Of a stretch of 64,000 nt of DNA, positions 58,901 to 64,000 are shown piece after piece. The notes beneath the pieces were generated by a model that was given only the letters and a program-made list of their open reading frames with translations, was not told where the DNA came from and ran no database searches. The translations under genes and the position numbers were made by a program. The DNA comes from Bugula neritina (taxonomy: Eukaryota; Animalia; Bryozoa): NCBI GenBank assembly GCA_964035545.1, contig OZ037765.1:35550080-35614079 (forward strand), written 5' to 3'. Every line of letters starts with the position of its first letter. Position 1 is the first letter of the stretch.

Positions 58901-60815
58901 ACCATCTGTGAGTGAGGGTGGGTATACATAGTCCCCGTCTCCCAAGTACCTTCCCAAAAACATGCACTGAATTGAGTCACAGTACAGCTAATAGATGAGT
59001 CATAGTACAGCTAATAGATGAGTCATAGTACAGCTAATAGAAGAGTCATAGTATAGTTAATAGATGAGTCATAGTGCAGCTAATAGATGAATCATAGTAC
59101 AGCTAATAGATGAGTCATAGTATAGCTAATAGATGAGTCATAGTACAGCTAATAGATGAGTCATAGTATAGCTAATAGATGAGTCATAGTACAGCTAATA
59201 GATGAGTCATAGCACAGCAAATAGACGAGTCATACTACAGCTAATAGATGAGTCATAGTACAGCTAATAGACGAGTCATAGTACAGCTAATAGATGAGTC
59301 ATAGTACAGCCAATAGACAAGTGAGAGACAGACCTAGCTCTAAAAGATACATATTTATATAAACCTTTGCTGACTAGCAGAGTGCTGGACATCAGATGAC
59401 ACTTTGTTGGCCTTAGAGAGAATGCGAGAAGGTCGTGTTGAGTCATGGTCTTCAGAATAAGGATCATAAAGCTTTCTATTGACGTCAGAATCTCCTTGTC
59501 GCTGCTCCTTTCTGGGAGATCTACTCACTTTCAATCTCCCTTTAGAGCTTTCTAACTTTTCTCCCCTAGTGTCTGTGGCCAACTTTGCTACCCTGTCCTC
59601 GAGTTCTGATAACTCACTTCTCGAAATTGGTGGGTTGGGCTGTCTTACAACGCCCCCTGCCTCTGACTTGACAAGTGAAGAGAGTCGGGCACTAGGTGAT
59701 TGCAGAGATTTGTCAGAGTACTCAGAGAAAGAGAGCTGGTCGTTGGTCACTGAAGTTCACCAAGGTGATAGCATTTAGAAAAGCACATTCATGATGGAGT
59801 CAATTCCTTACACCTACATTGACAGTGTTTGATACTTACCTAACACAGCAGACATATCAGAATTAGAGGATGGATCTCTCTTGCTAGCAGCAGCTGGCAC
59901 TCTCCTAATAACCTTCCCTCTCTCTTTCCTCCGCGTCGACCTACCTTTGACATGACCAGAGATATGTTCTACTTCACTATTGGCAACACATTCACTGTTC
60001 TGATTGTCTTTTACTACATTTAGAGTGGGTGTATTGTCAGCACATCCTTGTTTATGCACCATGTTTTGGGTGTCGTCCCTACTTTCTAACCTCATTGAAC
60101 AGCCAGTGTGTTCTTTTGATTTCATTTCAGCCTGTTCAATAGCTATTCCATTTTTTCCACTTTTTGGGACATACCTGGGCTGTTCTGGACGTTTTTTGCG
60201 AACTTTACCAGATTTATCAGCAGAGGATGCTTTGCCATCACTTGAATGGCCTGACATCTTCTCTAGTTGCTTATTGTTGGTTGTGGAGTCACTTCTTTCA
60301 TCAATGCTCAAGTGTTTTCTATTGTCTGTTGCAGCCTTGTCTTGCTTACTACCTTGTTGCTTGCAGCTTTGTTGCCTATTGGCAGTTTCTGTTTGCTCAT
60401 TGCCAACTATATTTTCTGATTGCTTGGCGTTAGAAGCAGACAATTTTCTAGAAGGTTTCGCAGAATAAAGAACTACATCAGGACGTCTCCACCTTCTTGC
60501 TGAAGACTTATCTGTATAGCAAAGCATATACTTTAAACTTCCACATAACAAACTGATCTACAGAATAACAAGTTTTTGGCTACTTGGAGCAAGCATGGAA
60601 TGAGAGATGTCAAGTTAAATTTCAGAAGAAAATAACTAGACACACCAGCTTATAACAGTGGACTTACATTTGAGAACAAAAGCATCAGTGTGTATAGTAG
60701 TAAAAGACTATTTACCAATCTGTTGACCACCAGTGGCAGAGCAGGGAAGGGACGCCACTGACGGGGACTCCTCTAATTGATGCATGGATATGCGCACTTC
60801 TGGAACACTTGACAT
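46913..60815 (-). CDS. SMG6: SMG6 / EST1A NMD endonuclease (about 1330 aa; EJC-binding motifs, 14-3-3-like/TPR domain, PIN domain)
   Basis: 17 exons (minus): 60815-60716, 60511-59840, 59749-59365, 58949-58203 (acceptor uncertain), 58085-58007, 57210-57100, 56916-56719, 56333-56272, 56134-55986, 55378-55105, 54506-54254, 54167-53976, 53881-53723, 51165-51012, 48262-48030, 47404-47323, 47049-46913. Motifs: EVRIS; RRPDVVLY and KRPEQPRYVP (EBM-like); AQRCLICLGDVARYR; PKNGKPYNQLAL; HPHLWNPPP; PIN acidic residues in IPDTNCFI, VINELDGL, GNNDDRILSCC, VVLLTDDRNLRLKA. Confidence 0.95.
47046..47299 (-). repeat. 21-bp acceptor-containing minisatellite x12 in the last SMG6 intron
   Basis: CTGCAG at 47050, 47071 ... 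47281 (21-nt steps). Confidence 0.97.
47564..48018. repeat. Purine-rich composite repeat (pyrimidine-rich in the sense strand), SMG6 intron
   Basis: GAGAGGGTAGAGTAGAGAGAGTAGAGAAAGGGTA units. Confidence 0.9.
48271..51020. repeat. 22-bp minisatellite TACTAAATACTAGTAATATTGA (about 125 copies), SMG6 PIN-domain intron
   Basis: Fills intron 51011-48263. Confidence 0.97.
51201..53686. repeat. 20-bp minisatellite TAATATAGTATATTACAGTA (about 124 copies), SMG6 intron
   Basis: Perfect 20-bp register. Confidence 0.97.
54537..55067. repeat. 20-bp minisatellite ATATAGAGTAAGAGGTAAGT (about 24 copies), SMG6 intron
   Basis: Nearly invariant copies. Confidence 0.97.
55400..55970. repeat. SMG6 intron: 34-bp x4 (55400-55525) and 22-bp TATTAGTTAGTAATACTAGTAC x~16 (55610-55970)
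   Basis: Tandem copies visible directly. Confidence 0.92.
56369..56717. repeat. (AGT)n microsatellite, SMG6 intron
   Basis: Trinucleotide run abutting the donor at 56718. Confidence 0.95.
57221..58011. repeat. About 38-bp donor-containing minisatellite (about 21 copies), SMG6 intron
   Basis: Each unit has ACTTACAGAGTA = TACTCT|GTAAGT on the sense strand. Confidence 0.95.
58974..59316. repeat. 23-bp minisatellite GATGAGTCATAGTACAGCTAATA, SMG6 intron
   Basis: About 15 copies. Confidence 0.95.
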
Positions 60816-61789
60816 TGTATTGAGATTTCACTAGGAAAAACTGAAAACAATAAATATAAACCACTGACATGAAAATAAGCAAGTTATTGTCAAAGTCAAG
60901 TCAATCAATGATTTGAGTAACTTCAGTTAATTTGAATAGAACAGCAAGTGTTTAATTGGACCAATGTATTATCGGCAACACAATCGTTAGATAAAGTGGT
61001 GGTTGTGCGAACAATACATGAAACATACCCATATACACATGAATATATATAATTATATAATATATTATATATATTAGTAATACTAGTACTAATACTAATT
61101 GCCAATACCAATACAAATACTAATTGCCAATTGGACAGAATTATTATGATTATATATTATTTATTTATACCACTATAACTCTATAGCTATAAGTAAAAGT
61201 ATTAGTATGTCAATGTGACTATGACTATTACTATCACTATGAGTATGAGAAAATCAAAATGAAAAACAGGAAGAGTACAAGTACAACTACAACTGACGCT
61301 GTACAAGCACAACTAGTACTAACTACATAAACACTCTAACACTAACAGTAACTTTATACTTTCGACGTATAAGCTATATTTAATATTTATATTATACTTT
61401 AGTCATAGTCGCTTCACATTCATAGTCACACTCATAGTCAATGTCATACTCATAGTGATAGTGTAACTCATTCTGATTCTCAAACTGAAACTGTAAGTCA
61501 GTTAGTCACTAATTCAAATTGTATTACATTTACTGATTTAGTGAATTTACTGATTTAGTTTACTTAGTATTTGTTCATGTTGATTTGGAAACAACCTAAA
61601 TGAGTCCAACATTTACCGTTATGATTATAAAAATTCAGACATACTGACTTACATGACTTTGTGGACTTAGATCAAAGTAAAATTAATACGCTTAACATTA
61701 ATTTTAAATCATAATCACAATCATAATGAGAATCAGTTCAGAATTATTTCAATTTATAGCCTTCACCTTCCAACTTTAGCACATCAAGT

Positions 61790-62190
61790 CGATGCCTTTT
61801 TGCAATTTCCGTAGCTTGTGGTTCCCAACTTTGAAAGCTTAGAAACCCACAACTACAAACTTGAGAACCGCAAGCTACTAGACTTGGAGCTATTCCAAAA
61901 TACGAAATTCTCAAACTTGTAGTTGGGCGCCTTACTACAAACCTGAGAATCTCGAACTAATGTTACCCTTCATCCCCAACTCAAGGCTGCTTATAGATCA
62001 TTTCTTAACACAGCGAATTTTCCTATTGGCTAGCGGTGACTCAAGTTGAAGTGGAGATGATGTCATGGTTAACTTTTCCTGTTCAATGGGTTAACGTAAA
62101 CGTATAATAATAATGGTAATATTAAAATAATAGTAAAATACAAGTTTCATAACAGTTAACATCATCTTCATTTTCTGTTCTTTCACAGGT
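61790..62190. promoter_or_regulatory. Probable bidirectional promoter between SMG6 and SNAP29
   Basis: Island of higher GC and complexity between divergent genes; CCAAT box (ATTGG at about 62025); repeated ACTACAA..GAGAA motifs; 5'UTR donor at 62188. Confidence 0.45.
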
Positions 62191-62443
62191 AAGTTTATTT
62201 TTAGTGAAGCTGAAGCTGCCAACGTCTACTCACTCTCAGTAAATGAGTAATTTACTCAGTTGGAGTTATACTTATACTTATAGCTCTATTAGTATTAGTA
62301 TTAGTATTAGTATTAGTATTACATTTACTATTAGTATTACTATTAGTATTAGTAATAGTAAATACTAATAGTAATACTAATAGTAATAGTATTACTATTA
62401 CTATTAGTATTATTATCATTATACAATTATACTGACTAGTTAA

Positions 62444-62700
62444 AGTGATACTGAGTAGTAATACTGAGTAGTGATACTGAGTAGTGATACTGAGTAGAGA
62501 TACTGAGTAGTGATACTGAGTAGTGATAGTGAGTAGTGATACTGAGTAGTGATACTGAGTAGTGATACTGTGTACTGAGTAGTAATACTGAGTAGTGATA
62601 CTGAGTAGTGATACTGAGTAGTGACACTGAGTAGTGATACTGAGTAGTTATACTGTGTAGTGATACTGTATACTGAGTAGTGATACTGAGTAGTGAGTAG
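62444..62700. repeat. 13-bp minisatellite GTGATACTGAGTA, SNAP29 5'UTR intron
   Basis: About 19 copies. Confidence 0.93.
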
Positions 62701-62761
62701 TGTCTAGTGAGATACTGGGTAGTTAGTAATGCCATATTAATATGATTTGTTAGCTAGTGGC

Positions 62762-63932
62762 ATGTCTAGAAACTACAAACAATTAGCTGACTCGAGTAAT
62801 CCGTTCTACTGTGACGACGATGATGACAACGAGGAGGAATATTCTGGAAGTAAAATCCAGCAGATAAAAGAGAGAATCAGCAGATCAGAGAATGAGCAAA
62901 TAGACAGTCTCTCTCGAATACAGAAGGTTATTGCCGAGTCTGAAGATATTGGAAACAACACTCTAGAGGTCAGTGGGCTGCTTACGTGATATATATACTC
63001 TAGAGGTCAGTGGGCTGTTTACATGATATATATACTATAAACTCTAGAGGTCAGTGGGCTGCTTACATGATATATATACTATAAACTCTAGAGGTCAGTG
63101 GGCTGCTTACATGATATATATATATACTATAAACTCTAGAGGTCAGTGGGCTGCTTACATGATATATATACTATAAACTCTAGAGGTCAGTGGGCTGCTT
63201 ACATGATATATATACTCTAGAGGTTAGTGGGCTGCTTACATGATATATATACTATATACTCTAGAGGTCAGTGTTGTATTGACAGGAACTCCATCATCAA
63301 GGAGAGCAGCTGGATAACGCAGAAGCTAAGCTCGACTCCATTGAAGCCATGACTAAAGTCACTCAAACTCATATCACTAGTATACGAAGTGTATTCGGTG
63401 CTTTTAAAAATAAACTTTTTGGTCGTAAAACTGAGTCAACTGTTATGTCAGACATTCAACATAACCGGCTGCGGGACTCGGCTGACAGCCCAGCGAGTGG
63501 TGCTGGCAGCACGTCTCACCATAGTAGTAACGAGGATAAGAAATATGGGGGACTCCGTGATGAGATGAGAGTCAGCAGCAGGAGTACTACCAGACAGGAT
63601 GTTATAGAGGAGCAGCTCGGTGAGTGTTCTCCCCAGGTGCTTCTCTCCCCAGGTGCTTCTCTCCCCAGGTGCTTTAAGTGTGTGTACTATTTTTTATGTA
63701 TATGGGTGTTCTCCCCAGGTGCTCTAAGTGTGTGCACTACTTTTCATGTATATGGGTGTTCTCCCCAGGTGACCTGAGTGTTGGACTTAAAAGACTTCAG
63801 GAGATGGGGCTGAGTATGAATGATGAACTGAACAGACAAGATGCAACTATAGACCGTCTCACCACCAAAACTGAAAGAAACCACCTTGTTCTTCAAGACC
63901 AGAATTCTCAGATGAGGAAGTTGCTCAAGTGA
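62762..63932 (+). CDS. SNAP29: Synaptosomal-associated protein 29 (Qbc-SNARE, about 234 aa)
   Basis: Exons 62762-62968, 63286-63619, 63769-63932. N-terminal NPF plus acidic stretch; SNARE motifs IAESEDIGNNTLEELHHQGEQLDN and LSVGLKRLQEMGLSMNDELNRQDATIDRL; HITSIRSVFG; no Cys cluster. A 5'UTR donor CAG|GTAAGT is at about 62188. Confidence 0.9.
62960..63272 (+). repeat. 37-48-bp donor-containing repeat x8, SNAP29 intron
   Basis: ACTCTAGAG|GTCAGTGGGCTGCTTACATGATATATAT... Confidence 0.95.
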
Positions 63933-64000
63933 CCGTGTGTCAAGTGACACACAGTGTCAAGTGACACACAGTGTCAAGTGACCCAGTCACTATGTGTCAT

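Overview
Eukaryotic, AT-rich, intron-containing animal DNA. It is probably an invertebrate (inferred from the Rabaptin-FYVE architecture); the species cannot be determined from the window. I reconstructed by hand, with phase-consistent GT-AG exons, eight genes: Rabaptin-5/RABEP1 (minus, 3' end runs off the left edge), a stand-alone SCP2 protein with a C-terminal SKL (plus), an uncharacterised CAP-Gly protein (minus), AIFM1 (plus), a partial orphan gene (plus), an orphan single-pass membrane protein (plus), SMG6/EST1A (minus) and SNAP29 (plus). There are two hAT-type non-autonomous elements with TIRs and 8-bp TSDs, plus fragments. Almost all long ORFs in the supplied track are artefacts of tandem repeats. 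The main observation is that nearly every coding-region intron longer than about 250 nt owes most of its length to its own private 11-45 bp minisatellite. Many of these units are copies of splicing signals: the adjacent 5' or 3' splice site (intact, or disarmed by GT>AT or AG>AT), the UACUAAC branch-point consensus (about 380 sense copies in one intron), or the U1 snRNA 5'-end sequence. One case is a ladder of 12 in-frame acceptors inside the SMG6 PIN nuclease domain. Exon coordinates and copy counts were read by eye and need RNA-seq confirmation.
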